This document shows positions 38,040-48,821 of a stretch of DNA of 49,899 nucleotides, in pieces; the first letter of the stretch is position 1; every line of letters begins with the position of its first letter. Source of the stretch: Chromera velia (taxonomy: Eukaryota); contig JAHBMJ010000327.1 in assembly GCA_018398765.1 (NCBI GenBank), positions 1 to 49,899 on the forward strand, in the 5' to 3' direction. The notes beneath the pieces were generated by a model, which searched no databases, was not told the DNA's origin, and saw only the letters and a program-made list of their open reading frames with translations. Made by a program: the position numbers and the translations under genes.

Positions 38040-39285
38040 GCGGGTGCTGAGCTGGTGACAGTCCTCCGCCCATGGTCGGACCTCGGGTCAGCGGGACACA
38101 TGGCGAACTTAGAAAAAGGAAGGAGTCATCCTGGGACTTGATTGAGAAGAAAGAAAACGGCACATGAAACTCAAGAGAAAGACCTAAAGAGAGGTACAGA
38201 GAGAGAGAGAGGGCATCGATGGAGAAAACAAATTGGCCCGCATGCCCAACGGCCATCCTCTAAAGGTGCCTGCTAATTAGCCTATAGAACCACAAAGAGG
38301 GTATGTGTCTTCCTCTTTGCCCTTCTCTGTAGACTTTCGGTCTGCGTGTCTGTGTGCATCGTTTTGGGCTTCTAATTGAACGAATTGAACGCACCTTCCC
38401 GAGGGGATTTAGGGCCTGCGTTGGGGAGGATGCAATGCAGTACAAAGGGGGGGGNNNNGGGGGGGGGGGGGCGGGGGATTAGAGAGAGTCTGTGTGAATG
38501 TGTGTTGGCTTGAGGAGACAACCAACGCCTAGATAAGAAAATTGTAAGGGCAAGTTGCATTCCTCTACCAGTTGTGAAGGAAAAATCTCACTTCGAAAAA
38601 ACGAAGCAAAAGTCTGTATCTGGACACTCGCTGACTGAAAGACAAAAGAGGGAAAGGAATATAACGACAAAAACAAAACACGAGCCACCTCCACGAAGAT
38701 CAAGAGACGGAGGAAGACGGAAGGGATCTACACAAAGCAACGGACCAAAAACCAGGGTTGTTTGTTGTCCTCGCCGAGTTTCACCATCTGCAAATCGAAG
38801 GAAATGAAAAGACAAAAAGCCGAAGCGTCCCCTCTCGTCTCGTCTCCTTCGCTGCAGGAGGCTGCGGCCCTGTTCATGGCAGAGATCGATCAGTCTGGTA
38901 AGCAAACACATCAGTGAAGCATTCATTAGAATTTTGGACCACGTAGAGACGAAGGCACGCATTCGTATTCCATGTAGACGGATACAGACGTACACATGCA
39001 TGCAGGAGACGGCACTTGATTTCGAGGACAGACCTTCACATCGAATTCCGTTCCGGTCTTTTCTTTCACCAAGTTGGCGGCAATCAGGGACCTCTGCGCA
39101 TACGGACACGTCTCGGAGACGTACAGAGTGTAGGGAGCAGATGCAGACCCTGTGCTCATCATGAGAAGGGAGAGCGAATTGCTGGGAGGACGGAGAAACA
39201 AACGACTCAGGGAGAAGCAGCTCACCGGGACGAGGTTGAGCATCAAAACTGTGAACACGAACACGTAGATTTGACGTGGTACCAT
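37328..39285 (-). CDS. Glutathione S-transferase, omega/lambda/DHAR-like (Cys-GST), ~294 aa, with a probable bipartite plastid presequence; exons 39285-39034, 38787-38746, 38415-38395, 37897-37328
   Basis: Spliced protein: ...YTLYVSETCPYAQRSLI...EFDVK|MVKLGEDNKQPWFL|ALNPLGK|VPVLKD...IYESLVVNEFIAD...FMGGSCPDLCDCALFPFIER. It has a CPYA active site, cis-Pro VP, the ES motif and an N-capping box. All junctions are GT-AG, phase 0. Confidence 0.9.
37918..38035. repeat. Compound (CT)n(GT)n microsatellite in GST intron 3
   Basis: Directly visible. Confidence 0.9.
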
Positions 39286-39804
39286 TGCTCTGGAGCAGGT
39301 GCACACAACAAGAGGGCAACTTTGAACCCACAGATCTCCTTTGACGTCCTCACAATCTGAAACTTGTTAGAGGTGACAGCAAAGAAGCGAAGTGCAGACA
39401 AACCGCCAGTATCCCACTATGCTTCGCAGGAGAAAGGGGCGTGTCCGCGCGTCAGAGTCCGCACGCGCGCTCAGTCTGCCAAATGGCAAAGTCATGGCAA
39501 AGTTGGTCGATGAATCTTAGCTGAGCATTCCAGATCTGTGCTACGTGATGCCTGTTCGACAATCGATTGCGACAGCTAGAGTGTCAAATTATCTTAGTAT
39601 ATGCATGCACGTCTTCGCTTGATTACCTTACTTGCCCCGTACGAAGCAAAGCAGTCCTGTCTGTGCTGTCTTCGTTTGATTCTTGTGTGCCGTCTCTGTG
39701 CAGTTTTGCATTTGCATTTCCTCCAAAGACTTCTTGCCGTCTGTTATCTTGCGAAGAAACGAGCCAAGTCCATCCATCCGTGTCGAAGCTCCGTTTTCGA
39801 TGCC

Positions 39805-40324
39805 ATGTCGAATGGCAATGTGACGCCTGCGTCAAACATGGTGCTCGCAGGATGGCGTGGAGGCCCGGGCCCTCCGCCACGTCGTCGTCCTGCCGTGCAT
39901 GTTCGTCTTGAGGGAGAAGACTTCGTGTTTGAGGACTGCTTTTCCCCTCGGGGAATCGTGGGCAGCACTCCCACAGGCACCGTCGTCGTAGTGGAAAAGA
40001 CAGATGACGGGGCCTTCTACCTTGTCAAGAAGCTCAAAGTGCCCTTTACAGACGTGCCCAGTGCCCATAGAGCAAGGAGGGAACTGAAACTGCAGAGACG
40101 GCTGCGACACCCTAGCATCATGGAGGTCGAATCCGTCATGGTTGCGGGTAAGTGCCTCCCCCAGATTTCTTTCTGTATCTGGCCTTGGCTCGACAGCAGC
40201 TGGGAGAAACGCAAGGATTCTGCAAATGCAAGCGCACAGATGCAACATTATCTGTTGTGTTCATTCTTTTGTCTTCCTATCTGGTCGCCGTGGCAACCTG
40301 CCTTTTCGTGTCTTTTTGGNNNNN

Positions 40325-40374
<50 letters not shown>

Positions 40375-41959
40375 CAGATGAGCGTGGACGTCGAGACCTC
40401 CCTCCTGACATCTACCTCTACATGCCCCTCAAGCACATGCACACAACCTTCGACCATCTGCTTCTCTCCCAAGAAGCGCAGAACCACGTCAGAGAGAGCC
40501 ACCACCGGTTCTTCATGTTCCACCTCCTCTCCGGGTTGGCCTTCATGCACTCCCGCAGAATCGTGCATGGGTTCATCAGACCGGGCACCATTTGGGTTTC
40601 CTCCAATAACGATATCTCCATCAGCGAATTTAGCTCGGCCCGAATTTTCCCTCCCCCCACCGCTGACTCCCCAGCCGCCGACCGTGACGGGAGTCCCCCC
40701 CCTCCCTGTCTCCTAGCTCCCTCTTGGACGCTCTCCCGATCTCCAGATGAACAACAGGGAAAGGAGGGGAGGGGACAGGAGAAAGGGAAGGTTGGAGAAG
40801 AGCGGAAAGAAGGGGTAGTCCCAGCATATGCCTGGAAAGATGCGGACTCCCGGTGGGGCACCGGTAGAAGAAGAGGGGAGAGTAACGGTGCGATTTGCTT
40901 CAAGAGGGCAGAGAAAGGGGGGGGGGACATCGGAGGTTCGGAGGGGGAAAAAATGGACCCCCCCGTGTCCTGGGTGGAGGGGGGCACAGATTCTAGGCTT
41001 CCTCTAACCGAGGCGAAAACAAGGGGAGACAGATCTGTGTCGGCCTCGCGAATTCTCACAGAAGCAGAGGAGTTGCGTGGTCCGAGTGCGAGGGAGAGTG
41101 CCGGTGTGTTGCGGTACAAAGCCCCCGAGTGTCTGTGGGGGTGTGAGGAGTCGTGTGTGGGATTTGGGGCGGATGTCTGGGCTGCTGGATGCCTCTTGGC
41201 AGAGATGCTAGGGTGTGGGGTGCCGCTGTTCTCTGCCTCTTTTCCCCTGGCGCTGCTGGTCGGGATGACAGAACTGTTCGGCCTGCCGTCTGGAGACGGG
41301 GCGAGGCTGGAGGCTCTGGGGGCAGGGAGGGAAACTAGGGCCGTACTCGAGAGCGTGGAGAGGGCTGCTCTTCGGGAGTTCGAGGGAGAACGTCCGCCCG
41401 TGACTGAGACCCTGCGGTGAGTAGCTTTTCCCACTCTGAAGAAGTCACAAACAAACATGAGGATATTCACACGAAAGAATAAGCAACCAAGCATGTATGC
41501 GAAAGAGAGTTGGACAAGCAGACAGAATGAGTAGCAGACAGAGATACAGACAGAGAGATGCGTGATTGACGCAGAGAGACAGAGTGGGCCCCGACTCGTC
41601 CAGTCCTTCGCTCAGTGTTTCTCTTCCCCCCTCTGTCTGGCACCCTCGTTTTCTTCGTCTGTGCTTCAAAATCTTCTCTCCTCCCCTGGCCTAGTCTTCT
41701 TCCTGCCTCCCTGGCTGAGTGCAGAAGAAAGTACCCCGATGCGTCCACAGCCTGCCTTGATCTTCTGTCTCGTCTCCTGCCTGTGGACCCAGACGCCCGT
41801 CTCTCTGCCAGGGAGGCTCTTCTGCACCCCTGGTTTACTTCGGCCTACAACTTTCCTCTGGTGCTGGAGTCTGAGATACCCCAGGACAAAGGGGGGGATG
41901 GGGAGGGCTTGCAGAGGAGGGAGGGGGGGGGATTCGGAGGACGTGAAGAAGGAGCATGA
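39805..41959 (+). CDS. MAPK/CMGC-like protein kinase, probably a pseudokinase; exons 39805-40147, 40378-41416, 41725-41959 (3' end uncertain)
   Basis: Subdomains YLVKKL, AHRARRELKLQRRLRHPSI, FFMFHLLSGLAFMHSRRIVH, LRYKAPE, ADVWAAGCLLAEML and DLLSRLLPVDPDARLSAREALLHPWF. Junctions g|gtaag 40148 / tatgcag 40377 and cg|gtgagt 41417 / gtgcag 41724 are in phase. Confidence 0.85.
40325..40371. repeat. (TG)n microsatellite abutting the kinase intron-1 acceptor, preceded by a short N gap
   Basis: Perfect tg run followed by tatgcag|. Confidence 0.9.
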
Positions 41960-42609
41960 GCGTGAGGCATGCTGAGGTGCAAGAGGAAGAAATTAAATGG
42001 AGCTCCGTCTTTCTCCGTCTCTTCTTCTCTCTCTCTCTCTCTCTGTGACTGTATGAATCGATGCCGGGATCGATAATGAGTACTTGAAAGATCCCACGTC
42101 CACTTTCTGTGCTTAGTTGGAATAGAACCTTTGACTTGACTCTCTTCAACGCGTGTCGTGTAATTTTCCACATTTCCTTTCGACTGTCTTTTGCCTGCCA
42201 GCCAGATCCCATTCTCCAAACTATTCATACATAGCATTTTTCCCTCCATCTAGTTTTCCTTATGTCCCTCTCACTCCGTGTTGTGTTACGTACCTCTGGC
42301 TTTGTGTCTGTTCTCTCTGTCTCTTGATCTTTCTCTGTGTGTCTAGTTTCGTGTGTGTGTATGTACATCTGCGATTTTCGTCTCTTCTCTTCAGTCTTTC
42401 TGTTCGTTTGACGCTTGCAGCGATCGCTTTGTTGTCGGGGCGATCAGATCTTTGTCTTTCACTTTGTCTGTGTGTATGTGTGTGTGTGTGTGTGTGTGTG
42501 TCTTTGTGTCTGTCTCTCTCTCTTTCTCTCTCTTTCTCGGGCGTTTTGAAAAAAAAAACGCATGAGATAAAAAAAAAAAAAACGCATGAGACAAGAAAAC
42601 GTCATCGAT

Positions 42610-42698
42610 CCATTCACTCATTCATTCATTCATTCATTCGTTCGTTCGTTCGTTCATTCATTCATTCATTCATTCGTTCGTTCGTTCGTTCATTCATT
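42610..42698. repeat. (TTCA)n/(TTCG)n tetranucleotide microsatellite
   Basis: Alternating blocks of cattcatt and cgttcgtt. Confidence 0.85.
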
Positions 42699-44266
42699 TA
42701 TGCTGTGAGTGAGTGCTGTTCGGCCTGGAGGCAAGCTCTTTGGGGTATGGGCGCCTGCGGCTGGGTCTCCTTGCTTGAGTAATGAACCGACTGGCTTCCT
42801 TCCTTGGTGTTCTCTTTGTTTGTTTGGGTTGCAAGGGGCTGTTTGGATCTACCGCCCGGTCTGCGCTCGGCTGCCGTCGACTAATGGAGGCAGGGCATGG
42901 GATAGTGGCTGTCTGCCTGCCTGCTGTTGCTGTGTGTTAAGAATTGATTTTTTCCCTTCACCTCTCTGTCTCTCTCCCCCTCTATGCATATCTACATCCC
43001 CGTCGGGTTCTCCCAGTCTCCTCTCATGCATTCAATCTAACCATCGTGCCGTGTGGAAAGAAAAAGAGAAATGCCCAGCTTGATTATTTCTTCGATCAGG
43101 GTAAAGGAAGAAGACGGAGCTCTTTTTTTTCTTTAGGCATCTGCCGAAACAGCAGAAGAAGACTGGACAGGAGAAAGAGAAAACAGAGGAACGAAAGGCC
43201 TTTCAGTGCATCGTCTTTTTTTCAGAAGAAAAAAGAGAGAGAGAGAACAGAAGAGAGCAGAGTTTGAAGGAAGCCTGCACTTCCTGCCGACTAAAGAGAT
43301 CTCCCCCCCCGCTTCTTTCGTAGCTTCTGTCTTTTCGTAGGCAAGCACAGTTTCTTTCCGACTTACGAGCACAGTTGCATAATTTGCAGAGGGCAAAGCT
43401 GATGGACGAGGAAGCTCGGCAAGAGGATGGAGGGGACGGGAATTAAGCAGAAGACAGAGAAGAACGAACACAAGGCCGCATGCCGCATCTGTCTTCGCCA
43501 AAAGACGCACGCGGCAGATAGTTTTCAGAGCCCCGGTGACACACTTTTATGTTTGCTTGCGTGTGTTTCCTTTTGTGCTTTTTGTGTACGGCGGGTGCTT
43601 CCATTTCTTTTTGTGTGCTTGCCCCTGCTATACATTCTTCCACTGGTGGTCTCGCTTTTCGTATGGCCCTAGTATTCTTGACGTTTTCTCTCCACAAGTC
43701 CGACCTGTCTCTGTTGCCAGCTTCTCACTTTCTATGTTTATGTACATCAGTGAAGCAAGGAGGGAAAGTAGGAAAACGAAAAGGGGGGGCAACTATTCGG
43801 CACCTAACGGTAACGAACGAAAAATGCTATGAAGAATCTACCAAAGCAAGATTGCGCCAGAGGTTGCGTCTCAATGATTCTCATCATCCAAGTTCGATCG
43901 CAACGAAGGAGACAGAAAGAGACACAAAAGACCGAAGTGGACTATAAACTACTACAAAGCGAATTTGTTCTTTCGATGATGATTCGAAGCGAATTTCTGT
44001 TGTATGTTTTGTAATGTTCTGATTGTTTGAAGCTTCTGAATCGGTGGTGAATTGTTTTTTTGCCTTATACGTCCCTAACATCTATCAACTTCATCAAACC
44101 CCATGATGGTCCCCATCAAATGAAACCTGCATTTTGACTAATTATATATTTATGTAATTCTTCATGAGTCTCAGTCGATCAGTCTGGGTCACAGACTGGG
44201 TGCCAATGGGATATTCCGTATACAGCTTTAGGCCTTATTGTTACTTATTATCCCTTATTAGGTGAT

Positions 44267-44540
44267 AAGTGATAAGTGATTTAGTAATGCCTTAGAGCAC
44301 TGTCGCCGTTTTGTCTTATAGAGGTCGCCCGGGGACTCGCCCCCGCAAAAGTACGTCTCTAAAGAGTATAAAAATAATAGTTCATTTTGATTTGATTGAT
44401 TGATTGATGCCAAACCCTAGTTGGATTTCCCGGGCGGATTCATAGTATTAATAGTTTATAGTGATATTAAAGTGATAAGTGGTTTAGTGGTGCCCTTGAA
44501 CACTGTCGCCGTTTTGTCTTGTAGAGGTCGCCCCCGCAAA
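44267..44540. repeat. Diverged ~65-bp direct duplication (about 44267-44330 and 44470-44533)
   Basis: aagtgataagtgatttagtaatgccttagagcactgtcgccgttttgtcttatagaggtcgccc versus aagtgataagtggtttagtggtgcccttgaacactgtcgccgttttgtcttgtagaggtcgccc. Confidence 0.85.
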
Positions 44541-44695
44541 CGGCAGGGGGGTGTGCTCCATCGCTGAAGCTCAGACCATACCCCATGGCCCGCCTAGAAT
44601 CTCTTCCACTAGCAAACCGTTTTTAATCAACTTCTTTGTTCCACATACGCAGCCTAATCCTTTTTATATGATGTGCTTTACACATTACGCTTCTT

Positions 44696-44750
44696 TTTTA
44701 ACTAGAAAAAGCATGATCGTCGACGACGATCGTGCTTTTTCTAGTTAAAA
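44696..44750. repeat. 55-bp near-perfect palindrome
   Basis: ttttaactagaaaaagcatgatcgtcg-a-cgacgatcgtgctttttctagttaaaa: 27-bp arms with one C/T mismatch. Confidence 0.9.
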
Positions 44751-46799
44751 TCTTTCGTCGATTCATTATCACTTACATAACAAGATCAAGATCAAAAACC
44801 CCTTCATAGTTGCTTTCTTGCTGATTTGGAAGAAAAAAAAAAAGAGTAACATCACTGTTATATCAGGACAATAACAGAAACGAGATTGAAATATTCAGTT
44901 TCTTTTGTCTGTCTGTCTTCCATCTATCTGAGCGGGTTAATTTTTCTTTGTTCCTTTCTCTTAAAGGAGCGATGGACTTTTATACTCCTCTCTCTTCTGG
45001 TTGGCACAGACTAGTTCTCTGCTAGCCGAGGCTGGCCCCGCGTGCCTGCGACCACTAGGCCGCAGCTAGTATATATTTGAAGACTTAGCCTGGATATCTA
45101 GGTGAGCTAGAGAATGAGTCGTTCTTTAGGACATGGATCCGTATCCTAAAGAAACAGAAGGGGAAACCCTGAAGCGAGTGTCCAGCTCTACTCAGCAAAA
45201 CTGTGTTATGGCATGGCAGCCGCTATAATCAGGGAATAGCCGTCGCTAAGCTTGGACTTGCGACTAGTATAGTCCCTGCCGAGCTCAGAGTTTCCCCTCG
45301 AAGCCCAAATTAGAAGAAAGAGCAAAGACTTCTCGTAACCGTACGAGAACTATCTAAGATAAGGGGGTGAAATGCCTTTAGCATGGGGGGGGGGNNNNNN
45401 NGGGGGGGGGGGGCGTACCGTACAGCTTCGCCGCGCGGCAGCACGGCCCCCCCCCGTACCGTAAAAAAAGGCTTCCACGCGGTACGGCCCTGCCAGGCCG
45501 TGCAGCGCGGCAGTAAGATTTTCTCTAGTATGCGTTAGTATGCTTTCCTCAGCCAGGCCCTTCGCGACATCAAGAGGGCAAGTGCAGCTGAGCATCAAAC
45601 TAAGCGCAACCAGACCTGTCTACAGAGGTATATGACTCGGAAGTTGAAGCCGGAGGGGGGGGTCGTTGCCATTTCAGAGGGGGCGATTGTTCGTCCAGAG
45701 TCCTTCTGGCTAGCTTTAATGGTCTACCACGCAGCACGGCCCCCCCCCCGTACTATGAACCTGGACCGCACTCCGCACTGCCTGGGGGGGGGTCCCGTAT
45801 GGCTGGCAAGCCANNNNNNNNNNNNNNNNNNNNNGCCCCCCCCCCCCCGATATCACCCCCCTATCGTCTAAGTCTCTCAACTCTAGCTCTCAACTAGCTG
45901 GGAGCGAGAAGGGCGACCTAATAAAATTTGTAGATTAACTAGAAATACAGAACAGGGAGGGAGGGAGGGCAAACAAAGAAAGAAATCGAGGAGGAATCCG
46001 ATTCGGTTTCAACTAGCTCAAACGAATGAAAGAGCAGAAAGAAAGAGAGAGTAAGCCCAATTCGAGAAGGAAGGAGAGACTTAGGAGAAATTCAAATTTT
46101 TGGGCTGAAACGGCCTAAGGCTTGACGTTCGATTCCAAAAATTTAGCATAACGCGAGACACACCGGCCGGCCTGTGCGGCTAGGCTAGCTGCAAGGCTGG
46201 CTGGAAAGCGATTTGCCCTCTAAGGACGCTGCAACACTTACTGGGGCCTCTCAAAAAATTCAAATCATGCTTAGGCTGAGTGAGTTCCATGGATGATCGA
46301 CACACAAATTTTTGTGCGTGCACGCGCATTTACCCAGGCCCCTGATGGCTGGTCCCGGAGGCCGTGAAACTTGTGCGTGGCAACGCCGCCTGCTCGTATG
46401 GTGGCCAGGGCCGCGCACGCATGGCATGCGCCTACCGTCATGCTAAACTCGCCTGTGCCTTATGCTCTAGAAGGCAAACCCTCCCCGTATATCAAGTTGG
46501 ACTCCCTGCTTTTTTGATTCTACACTCAGTGTTTGGTGACTCAATGATAAACAAAGATCTGCTAAAAGAAAGAGATCATAAACCATCCATACAAGTTCTT
46601 TGGCCTTCATACTGAGCTTTCAATTGGTTCACCTTTCTTTTCCCTTTTCTGCATTTGGGCCAAGTAGCATAACCTTTCTAAGTTTTCTTATTGGATCTTT
46701 TCTTTTTCCTTTTTTCCACCCAAGATGAGGCCCCCCTTGTATAGAAACAGAGAGAAAAGAACAACAACCATCGCCCTTATCGATCTTTCTCTCTTTTGC

Positions 46800-46964
46800 T
46801 CTCTAGCTCTAGCTCTAGCTCTAGCTTTAGCTCTAGCTCTCTCTTTCTCTCTCTCTCTTTCTCTCTCTCTCTCTCCGTCTCTCTCTCTCTCCCTCTCTCT
46901 GTCTGTCTCTCTATTCTCTCTGTCTCAGAGTTTTTGTCCCTCTCGCTCTTTCCCCCCCCCTCCT

Positions 46965-47011
<47 letters not shown>

Positions 47012-47014
47012 TTT

Positions 47015-47046
<32 letters not shown>

Positions 47047-47168
47047 CTTTCTTTCTTTCTTTTTTTCTTTTTTTTGTTCTTTCTTTCTTTTTTTCTTTCT
47101 TTCTTTCTTTCTTTGTTCCTCTTTCTTTTTTTCTTTCTTTCTTTTTTTCTTTCTTTCTTTCTTTCTTT

Positions 47169-47200
<32 letters not shown>

Positions 47201-47220
47201 TTTTTCTTTCCTTCTTTTTT

Positions 47221-47256
<36 letters not shown>

Positions 47257-47265
47257 TTTTTCTTT
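46800..47265. repeat. Compound polypyrimidine microsatellite: (CTCTAG)n, (CT)n, poly-T, (CTTT)n
   Basis: Directly visible; about 460 bp, almost purine-free after the (CTCTAG)n block. Confidence 0.95.
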
Positions 47266-48231
47266 AGGGAGTGTAACGTATAACAACATACAATAATGCA
47301 AAGAATAGCTTAGAATGATAGCTAACGTAAAACAGAAGAAAAAATTAGAAAGGAGTGAAATAAAAGATTCAGATCATAGACGGTAGTAGAGCTACTATGA
47401 ATACAAAGAAAAGAACTATACCAACTAAGCATGTACACATATGTAGCCCGAAAGCCTAGTACTCCAAGTTGTAGCCTCCAACTAGGGTTTAACATCCTCT
47501 AACTAACTGTACTGCCTGTGCATAGACTAAATTTTTAGTTTTTTAAAAAAAAATATACGCTCTCCATGGTAAACGGGCAAACTCAGACAGGATGCAGTGT
47601 AATGCAGTGTGCCAGTATATGCCAGTCAGATTAATTCGGATGCAGCGGGCTAGCCGGTTAGGGCCTCACAGCCTGGTGCAATACGATTAAATCGCGCGGG
47701 TGAGTGCCTTATGCGGATTGCAAGCCTGCAGGCGATATAGGAATTCTCATTAATATAAACGATCGAACTCTTTTAAATTTAAGTGTGTGTGATATGACTG
47801 CCTGGCTGGGTGTCCGTGTGCGCAACGCGCGATCAGCATATCAAGCTGATTGCATGCACATGCAAACATATGCAGACTGTTTCTATTCATTCATACATGC
47901 ATCTGTTCATCTGAAAAATGCTGGGTAAGAGTGTCAGAGAGATAATGATCAAAGAAAGCAACATTCAAACTATCATCATGACGATTTGTCTGGACGAAGC
48001 CGCTTGAATTCAGGTCAAAATAGCTTGTTTTTTTGTGTAGAAAAGTGTAGAAGAGGCTGCTTTTTGCTGAGTAAGGGGGGGGAGACAGCGGCTGCACTGC
48101 CGTCATGGGTCTTTGTCTTATGTCTCAACTGGGAGAAATTTGGAGAGAACATATACGTGTACAATGTATAATGCAAAGAAGGCAAGAGAGCAAGCGTAAG
48201 CAAGGCAAAGCAAGGTAGAGAGACGATGACC

Positions 48232-48821
48232 CTAGGGGGGGGCACTCTGGAAGGTTATGGTAGATTTTGAGCCCAAAATAACATAAAATATGACTAAAAA
48301 CAAATTTTTGCGAGCCAGTCTGGCAACCTGAAACTCTGCTTGGTCAAGTTACATCGAAATCTGATATTTTTGAAGTGTAAGCTACATGGTTACTTTGGGT
48401 TACCCCCTTTTTATCTTTGTCACACAAAGAGGTTACAGGTTACCCGGTTACAAGCATTTTGACCTCAGTAACCAACCAAATTTTCAATTTTTAAAAACAT
48501 TTAAAATAATGTTTAGAATACGTTTGAATGCTTCTTGAGGGAGGTTACTTCATTTTTGAGGGGGGTCAAAAAAGGTTACGGGTTACCCGGTTACGGGGAG
48601 ACCGGGGGCGTTTGGGGGCAAAGTGAGTGTGGCACATCATTTTTTTTTATTTTTGATCATAACCTGAATTGTTTAACAATCTTGAAGCCAGTTTTGTGAG
48701 TAATCAAACGTAACTAATCGATTGGCACCACTTTTGACTGATAGTTACATATTATACATTGTAAGGGGGGGGGTGTAAGGTTAGTAACCATGGTGTAACC
48801 GGCTGAAGTGCCCCCTCCTAG
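48232..48821. mobile_element. 590-bp non-autonomous DNA transposon (MITE) with an 8-bp TSD, hAT- or P-like
   Basis: The direct repeat cgatgacc at 48224-48231 and 48822-48829 flanks 15-bp TIRs ctaggggggggcact / agtgccccctcctag (one G/A mismatch). Many internal ggttac/gtaacc subterminal motifs. Confidence 0.85.

Noticed and set aside
38881..38900. Acceptor-like ttaccag in GST intron 1
   Set aside because: It gives a stop within 7 codons in the required phase. The exon at 38787-38746 supplies the expected GST residues.
45395..45834. Poly-G/poly-C runs flanking N blocks (also at 38455) as G-quadruplex elements
   Set aside because: They border assembly gaps, so their lengths and local order are unreliable.
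46725..47301. Phe/Leu/Ser-rich and Lys/Glu/Arg-rich ORFs
   Set aside because: Artefacts of the polypyrimidine microsatellite.
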